Virus record (IMG/VR): IMGVR_UViG_3300033153_013649
Span: 64,001-128,000 of that record
Direction: 5' to 3' (one strand)
Length of the DNA: 64,000 nucleotides
Source: a virus
This document shows positions 1 to 10,073 of this stretch, piece after piece. The position numbers were made by a program, and so were the translations under genes. The notes beneath the pieces were generated by a model, which was given only the letters and a program-made list of their open reading frames with translations, had not been told where the DNA came from and ran no database searches. Each line of letters opens with the position of its first letter. The stretch's first letter is position 1.

Positions 1-410
1 TCAAAAGAGTTTTAGAAGACGAAACTTTTACTAAACAATTCTTTTTTTGTAATTATAATTGGATTCATATTCCTAATCTTTATAATTATTTAAATCAGGG
101 GAACGTTCTATTTTTTATGGATCCTCCTTATTATAATTCTCAGATACAAACGTATGGTAAAAATAATTTTAATAGAAACGATTTAATTAAATTTCTTAAA
201 TTGATTAGTAATGCTAAAAGTAGAATTATATACACAGATATTCTAAATGAATATAATAAAGAATATTTAAAAAATTGGAATAGAATTTCTATTCAAAAAA
301 ATATGAAAAATGTAGGTCCAAATAAAATTAAAAGAAGTGGGAAGGAAGAATATTTATTTTATAATTTTAATTCTAATAAATTCAGGGAATTAATAAATGA
401 AAGAATGTAA
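1..410 (+). CDS. dam: DNA adenine methyltransferase (Dam/D12 class), 5'-truncated by window edge
   Basis: Frame is open from base 3; FFMDPPYY catalytic motif; C-terminal EEYLFYNF resembles Dam ends. Confidence 0.7.
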   Translation, partial: KRVLEDETFTKQFFFCNYNWIHIPNLYNYLNQGNVLFFMDPPYYNSQIQTYGKNNFNRNDLIKFLKLISNAKSRIIYTDILNEYNKEYLKNWNRISIQKNMKNVGPNKIKRSGKEEYLFYNFNSNKFRELINERM

Positions 411-576
411 ACATTTATCTATAAGATTTGAAGAATGGGCTACTGTAAAAACATGGGTTCATAAACCTGGTTCTAAAACGGATTTAAAATCAAATAAAAA
501 CGGTTTTTATAGGATTAGAACATATCCTTTGCATCGATGTGAAACATGTGGGCAATTATTACTTATCAAACGTTGA
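397..576 (+). CDS. small Zn-ribbon-like protein (59 aa, not in ORF track)
   Basis: MKECKH...HRCETCGQLLLIKR*; fills the gap between dam and gp47. Confidence 0.5.
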   Translation: MKECKHLSIRFEEWATVKTWVHKPGSKTDLKSNKNGFYRIRTYPLHRCETCGQLLLIKR

Positions 577-601
577 GGAATTTCTAAAAAATAATTTAAA
601 T

Positions 602-1684
602 ATGAGAATAGTAATTGGAGATGTACATTGGGGCGTTAGAAATGCGTCTGAATATTATTTAAATAAGCAATTAGAATTCTTTAAGAAGCTTTTTAAAGAT
701 ATAGATAATAAGTATATTGATGAACTTGAAATGATTATTTTTCTTGGCGATTGGTTAGAAAACCGTCGTTCCTTGAATATTTTAATTCAAAATCATGTTA
801 TTAAAATTCTAGATAAGTTCGAATCTTATGGAGTTCCTGTTATTCATATATTAGGAAATCACGATGTTTATTTTAAAAATACTAATAAGATAAACGGTCT
901 AAGACCATTATTAAAGAAATATAAAAATCATATCTTAGTTGATAATGATTTATATATTCATAAATTTGATAACGAATATTATTTATTTGTTCCCTGGATT
1001 AATAAATCGAATGTTCAAGATTTTGCAAGAAAAATAAGAGGATTAAAAAATAAAAGAAGAACAATCGTTTTTGGGCATTTTAACTTTTCAGAATTTACTA
1101 AATTTTCAAGACAAGAAGAAGAAAATATAATTTGCTTTTCTAGTTTTAATCAATTTGCTCATGTATATTCCGGTCATTTTCATTTATACATTAATAAAGG
1201 AAAGGTAACTTATATTGGCTCGATTCTTGATTATAGATGGGGGGAGGAATTAACCCCTCATGGATATATGATAATTGAACCTAATTCAATATCTGACAGG
1301 GGGAATATTATAGATGAAAAAGTAAAAATGGTTTTAAATGAAGAAAATATCCATAGAAAATATATTATTGGATCAAAAGAAGATCGAAAGGAAGTTTTAA
1401 AAACCTGTAAAGATAAAGAAGTAAAAATAGTTCTCCTTAAAAATTTTGAAATGACAAATAATGAATATGATAATTTTATATTTGAAGTTGATAAAAAAGC
1501 TCATTATATACAAGTTCTTTTAGCAAATGACATATACGAAGATGGTAAAGGGGAATTAGTTAATATGGAGTCCTTTGAAGATTTTATTGTTGAGTATTTT
1601 AAAGACAAAAAATACGAAGGAAATATTAATACTAAATTATTAATTAAGATCTTTTTAAATCTATATAAATCAGTGAAGGAATAA
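602..1684 (+). CDS. recombination endonuclease subunit, T4 gp47/SbcD/Mre11-like
   Basis: GDVHWG, FLGDW, GNHD, GHF and SGHFH metallophosphoesterase motifs; start moved to ATG 602. Confidence 0.9.
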   Translation: MRIVIGDVHWGVRNASEYYLNKQLEFFKKLFKDIDNKYIDELEMIIFLGDWLENRRSLNILIQNHVIKILDKFESYGVPVIHILGNHDVYFKNTNKINGLRPLLKKYKNHILVDNDLYIHKFDNEYYLFVPWINKSNVQDFARKIRGLKNKRRTIVFGHFNFSEFTKFSRQEEENIICFSSFNQFAHVYSGHFHLYINKGKVTYIGSILDYRWGEELTPHGYMIIEPNSISDRGNIIDEKVKMVLNEENIHRKYIIGSKEDRKEVLKTCKDKEVKIVLLKNFEMTNNEYDNFIFEVDKKAHYIQVLLANDIYEDGKGELVNMESFEDFIVEYFKDKKYEGNINTKLLIKIFLNLYKSVKE

Positions 1685-1938
1685 TGAAAAATAAATTATC
1701 AAATCAAAGCGTCAAAGAAATTCCTGGAATTAATAAAGCAAATTATAATTCTAGAGAAAAGAAATTCAAGACCCCTATTTCAACCGAAAACGGATTAAAT
1801 TATAATCAAACTTGGCAGACTAGAAAATTAGTTGCTATTGGTCTTTCAGAATTGCCAGAAGATCGATGGCCATTTAAACACAAGGGAGAAACAGACGAAG
1901 AATTCAAAAAGAGAATAGAAAAATTAAAAAGAGGTTGA
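1684..1938 (+). CDS. hypothetical protein
   Basis: ORF coupled to gp47 stop. Confidence 0.6.
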   Translation: MKNKLSNQSVKEIPGINKANYNSREKKFKTPISTENGLNYNQTWQTRKLVAIGLSELPEDRWPFKHKGETDEEFKKRIEKLKRG

Positions 1939-1963
1939 CAAATTCGGTTTTATTTAGTATATT
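1935..1963 (+). promoter_or_regulatory. sigma70-type phage early promoter
   Basis: TTGACA-17-TATATT with conserved TTTAG before the -10. Confidence 0.8.
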
Positions 1964-1982
1964 ATAATAAAAAGAGGTAAAG

Positions 1983-2723
1983 ATGTTTTTATTAAATAAA
2001 GAAATAGTAATTTTAGGAGACGTCCATGGGAATTTTAAAGAACTTAAATATATTCTTGAAGACTGGATTCAACCGAAACCTAAATTAGCAATACTTTGTG
2101 GAGATATTGGATTATTTTGGCCGAGAAGTCTTCCGGAGCATAATAAAATATTTTCTGATATTGATATGAAAATATTATTTATTGATGGAAATCATGACCG
2201 ACATGATATTTGGCAGACAGAAAACAGTCCAATTATAGATTCGCTTAAAGCTTCCGGGAAATATTATATGCCAAGAGGTTCTATAGAAAGAATAATGAAT
2301 CAAAATTTTTTATTCCTCGGTGGAGCTCTTTCGATAGATAAATTATTTCGTCTTCCTTATATTTCTTGGTGGCCCGAAGAAGAATTATCTCAAAAGGATT
2401 ATGAAAAAATTGATAAGAATGTTCCAATTGATGTTGTAATTTCTCATGATATTCCAAATTCGTTTAAATTTAAACAATTAGATAGATTTGAAAAACAAGA
2501 TGAACAAACAAGACGGATTCTTGATATTATTCTTCATGAAAAGAAACCGAAAGAGTGGTTTTTTGGCCATCATCATATACAAACTTCAGGAAGATTTGAG
2601 CATGATAATGGTTTGATTACTGATTGGGTTGGATTAACAGATATTCCTAGTTTTCGTCCTGGAGAAGATTATCTTAAAAATTTTAAAAGAGAATATTCTG
2701 AAAAACAAATGTGGCAAGAATGA
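1983..2723 (+). CDS. calcineurin-like metallophosphoesterase
   Basis: GDVHG, CGDIG, DGNHD, GGALSID, SHD and GHHH motifs. Confidence 0.9.
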   Translation: MFLLNKEIVILGDVHGNFKELKYILEDWIQPKPKLAILCGDIGLFWPRSLPEHNKIFSDIDMKILFIDGNHDRHDIWQTENSPIIDSLKASGKYYMPRGSIERIMNQNFLFLGGALSIDKLFRLPYISWWPEEELSQKDYEKIDKNVPIDVVISHDIPNSFKFKQLDRFEKQDEQTRRILDIILHEKKPKEWFFGHHHIQTSGRFEHDNGLITDWVGLTDIPSFRPGEDYLKNFKREYSEKQMWQE

Positions 2724-2724
2724 A

Positions 2725-3834
2725 ATGGAAAAAAATTCCGATATATCTTTAAAAATAGATAAATTAAAACGAGAAATTTCAATTTTAAATCAAAAACAGC
2801 ATGCTTTTAAAATCTTGCTCAATGCAGGATACGGTGCTTTAGGAAGTGTATATTTTTCTCATTTTGATATTAGATTAGCAGAAGCTGTTACTTATACTTC
2901 TCAACTAGTAATTAGATATATGATTCAATATCTAGAAAAAAATCTTGGAATAGAAATTATATATTCTGACACTGACTCCCTTTACCTTTCTGTAGAACCT
3001 CAAGTTAGAAAATATTGTAAAAAGACAGGTAAGAATTATGAAGATCTGACTTATGAACAAAAGCGAGAAATATATGATTTATTAGATAAGAAGATTTCTA
3101 AAGTTATTAAAAGAGGATATGAATTATTAAGTAAAAGATTAAATGTTCGAGAAAATGATTTTAAAATGGTACGGGAAATTTATGGAAATAAAGCAATTTG
3201 GCTAGGTAAGAAAAATTATTTAATAAAGATGATAGATAAAGATGGAAATTTAAAATCCCCTGAAACTCCTCCTTATGTAAAAGGATTTGATATTGTAAAA
3301 TCAGGAGCTACTACAAAATGGATAATAGAAGCTTTAAAGGAATATGCTGAACTTATATTTACAGAAGATAAAGAAGGGGTAGTTAAGTTCGAAAAAGAAA
3401 AATTCCAAGAATATAAAAAGCAAAATCCATTTTCTCTTTTTAAACCAAAATCTTTATCTTCTATGAATAAATATACTTTCAATTCGAAAGGATGTCCGAT
3501 TCATATTAAAGCGGCTTTAGTTTATAATATGGTAGTAAAAGAACATAATCTTCAAGCGGATTTTCCTGAAGTTTCAGAAGGAAATAAAATTTTATTTGCA
3601 TATATTCAAAAACCTAATAGATTTAATTCTCATGTTATTGGATATTCAGATCAGATAAATGAAGAAAAATTTTGGGAATTCGTGATTAAACATTATACTA
3701 TAAAACTTGATTATCAAAAAATGTGGGACACTGATTTTATTTCTCCAGCAAGAAGATTAACGGATGCTTTAAAATGGGATATATCTAATTTTAATAAATC
3801 AAATTTTGCTAATTTACTAAAGGAAAAGAAATGA
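2725..3834 (+). CDS. family B DNA polymerase, C-terminal subunit (gp43B-like: fingers helix P, palm, thumb)
   Basis: Motif B QHAFKILLNAGYG, motif C YSDTDS, KKNY, KGFDIVKS; no exonuclease domain or motif A. Confidence 0.92.
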   Translation: MEKNSDISLKIDKLKREISILNQKQHAFKILLNAGYGALGSVYFSHFDIRLAEAVTYTSQLVIRYMIQYLEKNLGIEIIYSDTDSLYLSVEPQVRKYCKKTGKNYEDLTYEQKREIYDLLDKKISKVIKRGYELLSKRLNVRENDFKMVREIYGNKAIWLGKKNYLIKMIDKDGNLKSPETPPYVKGFDIVKSGATTKWIIEALKEYAELIFTEDKEGVVKFEKEKFQEYKKQNPFSLFKPKSLSSMNKYTFNSKGCPIHIKAALVYNMVVKEHNLQADFPEVSEGNKILFAYIQKPNRFNSHVIGYSDQINEEKFWEFVIKHYTIKLDYQKMWDTDFISPARRLTDALKWDISNFNKSNFANLLKEKK

Positions 3835-3835
3835 A

Positions 3836-4039
3836 ATGAATTTGAAATATAATTATATTGATTTGAATGAATTTAGTATTTTTTTGACTAAAACTATAGA
3901 TGAATCAGAAAAACTTAAAGAAATAGTTGAACAGATTAATTGGAGATATGCAGATGAAAATAAGCTGCAATTAATAATAAAAATCTCTTGCCTTGAACAA
4001 AGACTTGCAGAATTGAGAAATAAAATCCAAAGGAGTTAA
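3836..4039 (+). CDS. hypothetical protein
   Basis: ORF in operon spacing. Confidence 0.55.
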   Translation: MNLKYNYIDLNEFSIFLTKTIDESEKLKEIVEQINWRYADENKLQLIIKISCLEQRLAELRNKIQRS

Positions 4040-4040
4040 T

Positions 4041-4304
4041 ATGTGGATGGAAATTATAGGAATATCTACCCCTCTGATAGTTATACCTCAAATAATACGA
4101 ATATTAAGAAGAAAATCGGCTGAAGATATAAGTAAATGGTTTTATGTTTTGCTTTTATTTTTTCAAGCAAATTGGTTTAGATATGGAATAATAATAAAGG
4201 ATGTACCTTTAATTCTCAGTGGAGGTATTTCTTGTATTTCTTGTTTAATTGTATTATTCTTTTGTTTTAAATATACTCTCTATAAAAAACGGACATATTT
4301 TTGA
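4041..4304 (+). CDS. SemiSWEET/PQ-loop family 3-TM transporter
   Basis: IPQIIRILRRKSAEDIS, WFRYG and DVPLI; three hydrophobic helices in 87 aa. Confidence 0.85.
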   Translation: MWMEIIGISTPLIVIPQIIRILRRKSAEDISKWFYVLLLFFQANWFRYGIIIKDVPLILSGGISCISCLIVLFFCFKYTLYKKRTYF

Positions 4305-4332
4305 TTTTAAATTATTATAAAGGGGATAAATT

Positions 4333-4668
4333 ATGTACGAAGAAATGATATCAAATCCTTCCTGGGAATGTAAACGATTACTTATTGAAATATTTGAGAA
4401 GGGACTTAGAAATTTAGTTGCAAAGGGAGATACTAATTGGGATACTTTAAGTGCTAGAAGTCATGTTATTAATGCAGTAATACGTTTTAGAGATTTTGAA
4501 AATCTCATTTATTGGGAAGAGAATATGTGTAAAGATATAGAAGGAAATTCCTCTTTAGTTAATTTTTCAGATGAAGAATTGGATCTATTAGTAGACGGTA
4601 TAACATCAGCAGTGTTTGCATATTATCAATTAATAAAACAAAAAGGGAAAATAGATGAACAATGCTAA
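4333..4668 (+). CDS. hypothetical protein
   Basis: ORF with AGGGG RBS. Confidence 0.6.
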   Translation: MYEEMISNPSWECKRLLIEIFEKGLRNLVAKGDTNWDTLSARSHVINAVIRFRDFENLIYWEENMCKDIEGNSSLVNFSDEELDLLVDGITSAVFAYYQLIKQKGKIDEQC

Positions 4669-5143
4669 TTTCGAAACTTTCTTTTTAGGAGAAAAAGAGA
4701 AAAAATATCAAATTATGGGGGCTAGTGTTGTAGATACTTTAATTGATGAAATTCCAAACGACGGAAAATTTTATGCTCTTTCGTATGAAGATAGAGCTTG
4801 GAGATTGTCGAAAAGAGTTCATGGAAGTATTGAAAAAAAAGAAGAAATTAAACTCACAACAGGTTTTACTTTTCGCCATTTTTCAATGTCAAAAAACGAT
4901 AAGAAATTTAAAATTTATTTTCCAGGAACTTTAATACTATGCCCTTCTGGATTTAATTTAGAAGGGGGAACAAATTATTCAGATGGTTCTTCGAAAGTAT
5001 TATGGTTGGGCCAGAATTCTGAAATTCAAACTGTATCTTATTCTGGAGATATTAATCAGGGGGTTTATCATCCGCTTGGTTGTATAATTCAATCGGGGAT
5101 TATGTTATTTCGTCCTTCTCTTCCGACCTTTGAATTTATATAA
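4655..5143 (+). CDS. hypothetical protein
   Basis: ORF overlapping the upstream stop. Confidence 0.6.
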   Translation: MNNANFETFFLGEKEKKYQIMGASVVDTLIDEIPNDGKFYALSYEDRAWRLSKRVHGSIEKKEEIKLTTGFTFRHFSMSKNDKKFKIYFPGTLILCPSGFNLEGGTNYSDGSSKVLWLGQNSEIQTVSYSGDINQGVYHPLGCIIQSGIMLFRPSLPTFEFI

Positions 5144-5151
5144 AAATAATG

Positions 5152-5180
5152 TTGACAAACTATTATAAGATTTAGTATAT
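5152..5180 (+). promoter_or_regulatory. sigma70-type early promoter
   Basis: TTGACAAA..TTTAGTATATT. Confidence 0.8.
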
Positions 5181-5201
5181 TATATTTTAAAGGAGAAAAG
5201 A

Positions 5202-5789
5202 ATGTCTAATATATATGCGTTTACAGATTTTGAAACAACAGGGGTTAACCCTCTTGTTGATCTTCCGATTGAGATAGGAATAATTTTTACAGATTATAAT
5301 TTTAATATTCTTACTTCGTACGAAGCGCTTATTCGTCAAAAAAAGGTTTTAGTTAGAATTAACGGAATTCCGAAATGGAAACCAGAATTCAGAGAAGCTT
5401 TCGAAGTTCATAATATTTCCCCAGAAGAATATATCAAAAAAGCAAAACCTCCTCAAGCTGTTTGTACTGAAATAAGAATGTTTTGTCAATCTTTATCGAA
5501 AAATCCTTCTAAAGAAATATATATAGTTTCAGATAATCCGTATTTTGAACAAACTTTTATACGTAAACTTTTTGGTCAATCTCAAACTCCTTTTCCTTTT
5601 CATTATAATGCAAGAGGAACTTTGATGATTACTGATCTCGCGGGCGTACGCTCGCACGCGCATACACATAGAGGATTAGAAGACATCAAGGGAACTTATA
5701 TGGATTTTATTGAAGCGTGTAAAAAATTAAATCTGCTTAAAGAAGAAAAAGAAATTTTCAAATTAACGAAAGGAGAAATACTTGGCTAA
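5202..5789 (+). CDS. DEDDh 3'-5' exonuclease
   Basis: DFETTG, IEIG and HRGLEDI motifs. Confidence 0.85.
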   Translation: MSNIYAFTDFETTGVNPLVDLPIEIGIIFTDYNFNILTSYEALIRQKKVLVRINGIPKWKPEFREAFEVHNISPEEYIKKAKPPQAVCTEIRMFCQSLSKNPSKEIYIVSDNPYFEQTFIRKLFGQSQTPFPFHYNARGTLMITDLAGVRSHAHTHRGLEDIKGTYMDFIEACKKLNLLKEEKEIFKLTKGEILG

Positions 5790-6315
5790 GAAAAACAAAT
5801 GTAAAGATTTAGAGATAAAAGACGTATATAAGGATATCCATCTTAATAATTTACTGCATGCGGGAGATTTAGATGATATAAAAGATCCTCTTCAAGAAAT
5901 GCTTAATCTTCAAAAGAAACTTCAGAAACATATAGCAAAGTCAAAACCAGAATATCAAAAATTATTCGGGAAAGATCTTGGTCCGAAAATGACAGTTACT
6001 AATATGGCTTTATTTTTTATGTTTCAGAATCAATCTATGCTAGATGAGCAACAAGAAGAATTAGAAGCTATCGGTGGGGAAAGATTTGGAAATGCTTCTT
6101 GGAAATATTGGAAGAAAGATCATAAAAATGCTCAGTCTCTAAGATTCATTGACCTTTCTCCGGAAGAGATTCTTGAAGCTAAATATGAATGGATTGATTC
6201 TTGGCATTTTATGATGAATAAAGCAATAGCTCTTGGTTTAACTTCTCAAGAAATAACTAATTTATATTTCGCAAAAAACGCTGAAAATATAAGAAGACAG
6301 AACGAAAATTATTAA
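5782..6315 (+). CDS. dCTP/dUTP pyrophosphatase (T4 gp56-like, all-alpha NTP-PPase)
   Basis: DEQQEELE, WKYWKK, EWIDSWHF, LYFAKNAENIRRQ. Confidence 0.85.
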   Translation: MAKKNKCKDLEIKDVYKDIHLNNLLHAGDLDDIKDPLQEMLNLQKKLQKHIAKSKPEYQKLFGKDLGPKMTVTNMALFFMFQNQSMLDEQQEELEAIGGERFGNASWKYWKKDHKNAQSLRFIDLSPEEILEAKYEWIDSWHFMMNKAIALGLTSQEITNLYFAKNAENIRRQNENY

Positions 6316-6328
6316 TTAAGGAAAAAAT

Positions 6329-6520
6329 ATGAGTTCTATTAGAATATATTCTCCAATAGGAGAGGAACTTTTTTCTTCTGAAAAAGTAATAGAGATTGAA
6401 TATAAAGTTGATGCTGAATTATTCACGATTCAATTTGTTGATATAACAGAGGAGAAACGTCAGGAATATATTTTTAAAGGAAGAAATCTTATAATTCAGG
6501 AAAAGAGAAATGTCAAATAA
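6329..6520 (+). CDS. hypothetical protein
   Basis: ORF with RBS. Confidence 0.55.
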   Translation: MSSIRIYSPIGEELFSSEKVIEIEYKVDAELFTIQFVDITEEKRQEYIFKGRNLIIQEKRNVK

Positions 6521-7037
6521 TAAATATAAAACCCGAATATTAGCAGGGGAAACGTTTCTTAATAATTGTTATTCCCAGTTTTATATGAGAGAAACAGAAG
6601 AAGAGAGTCGTAGAAAAGCAAGGGGTTTTAAAGAATTAAAAGAGCATATTGAAAAAAACGGAATGATTCATCCACTTATTTGTTATTATGGTGATACAAA
6701 ACATCCATTTCTCGTTCATATAGGAATGAGGCGATTAGTAATATTAAGAGATTTAAAATATGAAAAAGCAAAAATAATTTTAATGGACTCCCCTAAAATT
6801 ATAGCAGAAGGAAAAAAGATTCCTGACTATGATTGTAAAAATTTAATTTATCATTCTATATTTGAAGGATTATTTCCAATTAGAACAGAAAAAGAACTTT
6901 TTAAATTTCATGGAATGGAATCTGATTTATATTTTCCAGCAAAAGATTGGAAGAAATTACCGGATGGACTTGTATTTATTAGAAATCATATTATATCTTA
7001 TGGATTAGAAAGTAATCTTAATTTTAAAAAGAAATAA
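6510..7037 (+). CDS. ParB/Sulfiredoxin-like N-terminal domain protein
   Basis: LKEHIEKNGMIHPLI...IGMRRL. Confidence 0.7.
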   Translation: MSNNKYKTRILAGETFLNNCYSQFYMRETEEESRRKARGFKELKEHIEKNGMIHPLICYYGDTKHPFLVHIGMRRLVILRDLKYEKAKIILMDSPKIIAEGKKIPDYDCKNLIYHSIFEGLFPIRTEKELFKFHGMESDLYFPAKDWKKLPDGLVFIRNHIISYGLESNLNFKKK

Positions 7038-7072
7038 TAATAAGTATGGACTTAAATTAGGATTAATGTTTA

Positions 7073-7600
7073 TTGGAAACGAAAAAAAGTAATATAATTG
7101 GAATTACTGGTACTCATGGGGTAGGAAAATCTTATTTTGCTTTTGAAGAAGCTTTAAGACAGAAAGATTTAAATCCTATAGCAAAGATTACTTTAATAGA
7201 AGAACAGGGGATACTTGATAATCCATTTCCAATTAATAAAAGAGCACAAAATGAATCTCAGATGTGGGTAATGTGCGCAGAGATGATGCAACATTTTTTG
7301 AATTATGCAAACAAAAAAATCGATTTAATAATTACAGATAGAACTATATTCGATTGTATTCCTTATTCAATGGTAAACGGTTTACCATTTGCAAAAGCTT
7401 TATATGATATTACTAAGCATTTTGGATATATGTATAAAAAGATTTATATTTTAGATCCACGAAAAAGAAAATATGTTTTTGATAACGGAATAAGGTCAGT
7501 TGATAAAAATTACCGATCTGAAGTACATGAAAAATTTATAGAATTATTCAAAAGATTAAAAAATAACAATTATATAAAACATTATGAGGTAGTAGGATGA
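7073..7600 (+). CDS. P-loop nucleotide kinase-like protein (AAA_28/NadR-like)
   Basis: GTHGVGKS Walker A, ITDRTIFD, DNGIRS. Confidence 0.75.
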   Translation: METKKSNIIGITGTHGVGKSYFAFEEALRQKDLNPIAKITLIEEQGILDNPFPINKRAQNESQMWVMCAEMMQHFLNYANKKIDLIITDRTIFDCIPYSMVNGLPFAKALYDITKHFGYMYKKIYILDPRKRKYVFDNGIRSVDKNYRSEVHEKFIELFKRLKNNNYIKHYEVVG

Positions 7601-8277
7601 GATTTATAAATCCGAGTTTTTCAATCGAAGATGAGAAATATCTTGATCCTATTAGAATAATGAAACTTATTGAACGAGCAGGAAGAAATTGTTATAAATC
7701 AGAGAAAAAGATAACAAAGGATTCTTATATCAATTTTATTAAAATGCTCGTTCAGAATTATAAGCATCTTTCTGTAATTGAGCATGGGAATATAACAGTA
7801 AGATTTATATGTAATCGAGGATTTACTCATGAACTAGTTCGTCATAGATTAGCAGCTTATTCTCAAGAATCAACAAGATATTGTAATTATTCTAAAGGAA
7901 AATCCCCTCATATTACTTTTATAATTCCTTCAATATATCAGGATATTCTAAAACCTGGAGAATATGATTTTGATTGTTGGTTTAGTAATGAATTTTCTGA
8001 AACCCCTGGGTTAATTGATTGGATATTAGCGATGGCGTCAGCAGAAGAAAGTTATTTTACTTTAATTAATAACGGTTTAAAACCTCAAATTGCTCGAGGG
8101 GTATTACCAATTGATTTGAAAACTGAAATTGTAATGACTTGTAATCTTCGTGAATGGAGGCATATTTTTAGTTTAAGAACTTCAGAAGCAGCTCATCCTT
8201 CAATGCATCAACTTATGAGGCCGCTTCTTAAAAAGTTTAAAGAAATGTTTCCTCCAATTTATGAAGATATAATATAG
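7597..8277 (+). CDS. thyX: FAD-dependent thymidylate synthase
   Basis: HLSVIEH, HELVRHRLAAYSQESTRY, ARGVLP, NLREWRH..LR. Confidence 0.95.
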   Translation: MRFINPSFSIEDEKYLDPIRIMKLIERAGRNCYKSEKKITKDSYINFIKMLVQNYKHLSVIEHGNITVRFICNRGFTHELVRHRLAAYSQESTRYCNYSKGKSPHITFIIPSIYQDILKPGEYDFDCWFSNEFSETPGLIDWILAMASAEESYFTLINNGLKPQIARGVLPIDLKTEIVMTCNLREWRHIFSLRTSEAAHPSMHQLMRPLLKKFKEMFPPIYEDII

Positions 8278-8396
8278 GAAAGTAAAAAAATTTTTAAATT
8301 TAAAATTATATATAATTATGAATAACAACTATTCGACTGTAAATAAAAATTACACAGGGATTAGTCGGTTCCTGGTTAAAAAATAGGAGGTTAAAA

Positions 8397-9320
8397 ATGA
8401 CATTTGCAAACAACTTCGTAGTAGTCATCAAATTTGATGGCAAATTCCATAGACCTGATGAAAACGGAAATGTTAAAATTCCTTTCGGAAAACCTTATTC
8501 AATTTACCTCAAAAATTTCGATTCAAGAGATGCTTGTGTTGATATTCTTATCGACGGAATTCCAATTGTAAAAGACACCGATATTTTTATTAAAGGAAAT
8601 TCTTCTGCTGATATAAAAGGATTTATTAATAAAAATGGAAAGGTTGAACATGAATTTGTTTTTGTTAAAAAAACAAAAGATAATATAAAAGTTGTAGGAG
8701 ACAGAGTAGAAGATGGAATTATTTCAGTTAATATTAGACACATGAAAAGGATTTCTGAAAAAATCGAAAAGATTCATAAAGTAATTGATTATGATTGGGA
8801 TGATATATTTGTCTGGCCGAGAAGATATTATCGAATATATTATCCTCATCCCTGGTGGCCTTCTTGGTGGAAATCACCTTATTTTACAACATATAGCGCT
8901 ACCTCTGAAATTGATTCTTCGTTTGTTTTAAATGATTCAGGTTCCCAAAAAGAGGATCCTTCTATTTTATATTCTTCTTCTTATTCTTCTTATAAAGATT
9001 CTAATGGGAATACTTTAAAAACTAAAGACGGAGAAATCACAGAGATGAAAGATGGAAATCCAACAAAGGGAGAAGGAATTACAGTTCGTGGAGACAAAAT
9101 AAACGAACAATTAGATAAAATTCGAATTGATGAAAACGATTTTGAGAATATTAGTACTACTATTAATATCAAATTGGTTGGGTTCGAACCTAAAGAACAG
9201 GAAAAGAAACCTAAAACAGTAAGACCGGAAAAAACACATAAAAAGATGTTTTGTCCTAATTGTGGTTTAAAAATTCGAACATATTATAAATTCTGTCCTG
9301 AATGTGGTTTAGATTTATAA
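8397..9320 (+). CDS. hypothetical protein with C-terminal Zn ribbon
   Basis: CPNCG...FCPECG at C-terminus; GGAGG RBS. Confidence 0.7.
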   Translation: MTFANNFVVVIKFDGKFHRPDENGNVKIPFGKPYSIYLKNFDSRDACVDILIDGIPIVKDTDIFIKGNSSADIKGFINKNGKVEHEFVFVKKTKDNIKVVGDRVEDGIISVNIRHMKRISEKIEKIHKVIDYDWDDIFVWPRRYYRIYYPHPWWPSWWKSPYFTTYSATSEIDSSFVLNDSGSQKEDPSILYSSSYSSYKDSNGNTLKTKDGEITEMKDGNPTKGEGITVRGDKINEQLDKIRIDENDFENISTTINIKLVGFEPKEQEKKPKTVRPEKTHKKMFCPNCGLKIRTYYKFCPECGLDL

Positions 9321-9769
9321 ATACTTATGAAATGGAAAGCTTCGAAAGAAAAGATATGGGTGATTTAAATAATAATCAGTTTCAAAATCATAATCATCCA
9401 AAACATAAAAAAGAAGAATGTTTAATTTGTTCCTTAAAATGGGGTTTTCCCGAAGGAAAGGATCCTCTTAAACAATGTGATATTCTTTTTAATCTTCAAA
9501 AATTTGATAGAAGCTTTCCATTTAATATTCTTCGATGGACTGAATTAACCCCTATTAGAGTATTATGTATAGATATTATTTGGTATCCTAATTCTTTTAA
9601 AGCTGTGGGAATTTTTCCGATGTATTTTATTTTGAATTCGAAATTACCTGGTTATATTTCAGGGGAAGGAGATAGATTTCTTGGATTTCCTATGGGGGGT
9701 AGAAAAAAAGGATCAAATAATCTTGATAGATTTGATCCTTCTGATGATGGTGAAGATTGGAAAAAATAA
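9302..9769 (+). CDS. hypothetical protein (true start probably a downstream ATG)
   Basis: ORF. Confidence 0.5.
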   Translation: MWFRFINTYEMESFERKDMGDLNNNQFQNHNHPKHKKEECLICSLKWGFPEGKDPLKQCDILFNLQKFDRSFPFNILRWTELTPIRVLCIDIIWYPNSFKAVGIFPMYFILNSKLPGYISGEGDRFLGFPMGGRKKGSNNLDRFDPSDDGEDWKK

Positions 9770-9774
9770 AGATG

Positions 9775-9803
9775 TTGACAAATACGAAATAATTTAGTAT
9801 ATT
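9775..9803 (+). promoter_or_regulatory. sigma70-type early promoter
   Basis: TTGACAAA..TTTAGTATATT. Confidence 0.8.
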
Positions 9804-9838
9804 AAAATAAGAAAAATTAATTAAAGGGGATATTTTTT

Positions 9839-10054
9839 GTGAAAAAAGAAATAATCCGAATTCCTCGTAGACTTTACAAACCTCGTACTAAATTTAGACC
9901 TACTTTAGTACATCAAAGTGCAAAACAAAAAAAGTATAGAGAAATTGAACATATTCATTTAAAAGAAATAAGAAATGCTGAAGAGGAAAGATTAAGAGAA
10001 ACAGCTGAACTTGCAAGTCTATTAGATGATTATGATAGAGATTATAACGTTTAA
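9839..10054 (+). CDS. small basic hypothetical protein
   Basis: ORF after promoter with AGGGG RBS. Confidence 0.6.
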   Translation: MKKEIIRIPRRLYKPRTKFRPTLVHQSAKQKKYREIEHIHLKEIRNAEEERLRETAELASLLDDYDRDYNV

Positions 10055-10073
10055 TATATAAGAAAAATAGATA

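Noticed and set aside
9839-10054. ArfA-like ribosome rescue factor
   Set aside because: Only compositional resemblance; the KGKGSY motif is absent
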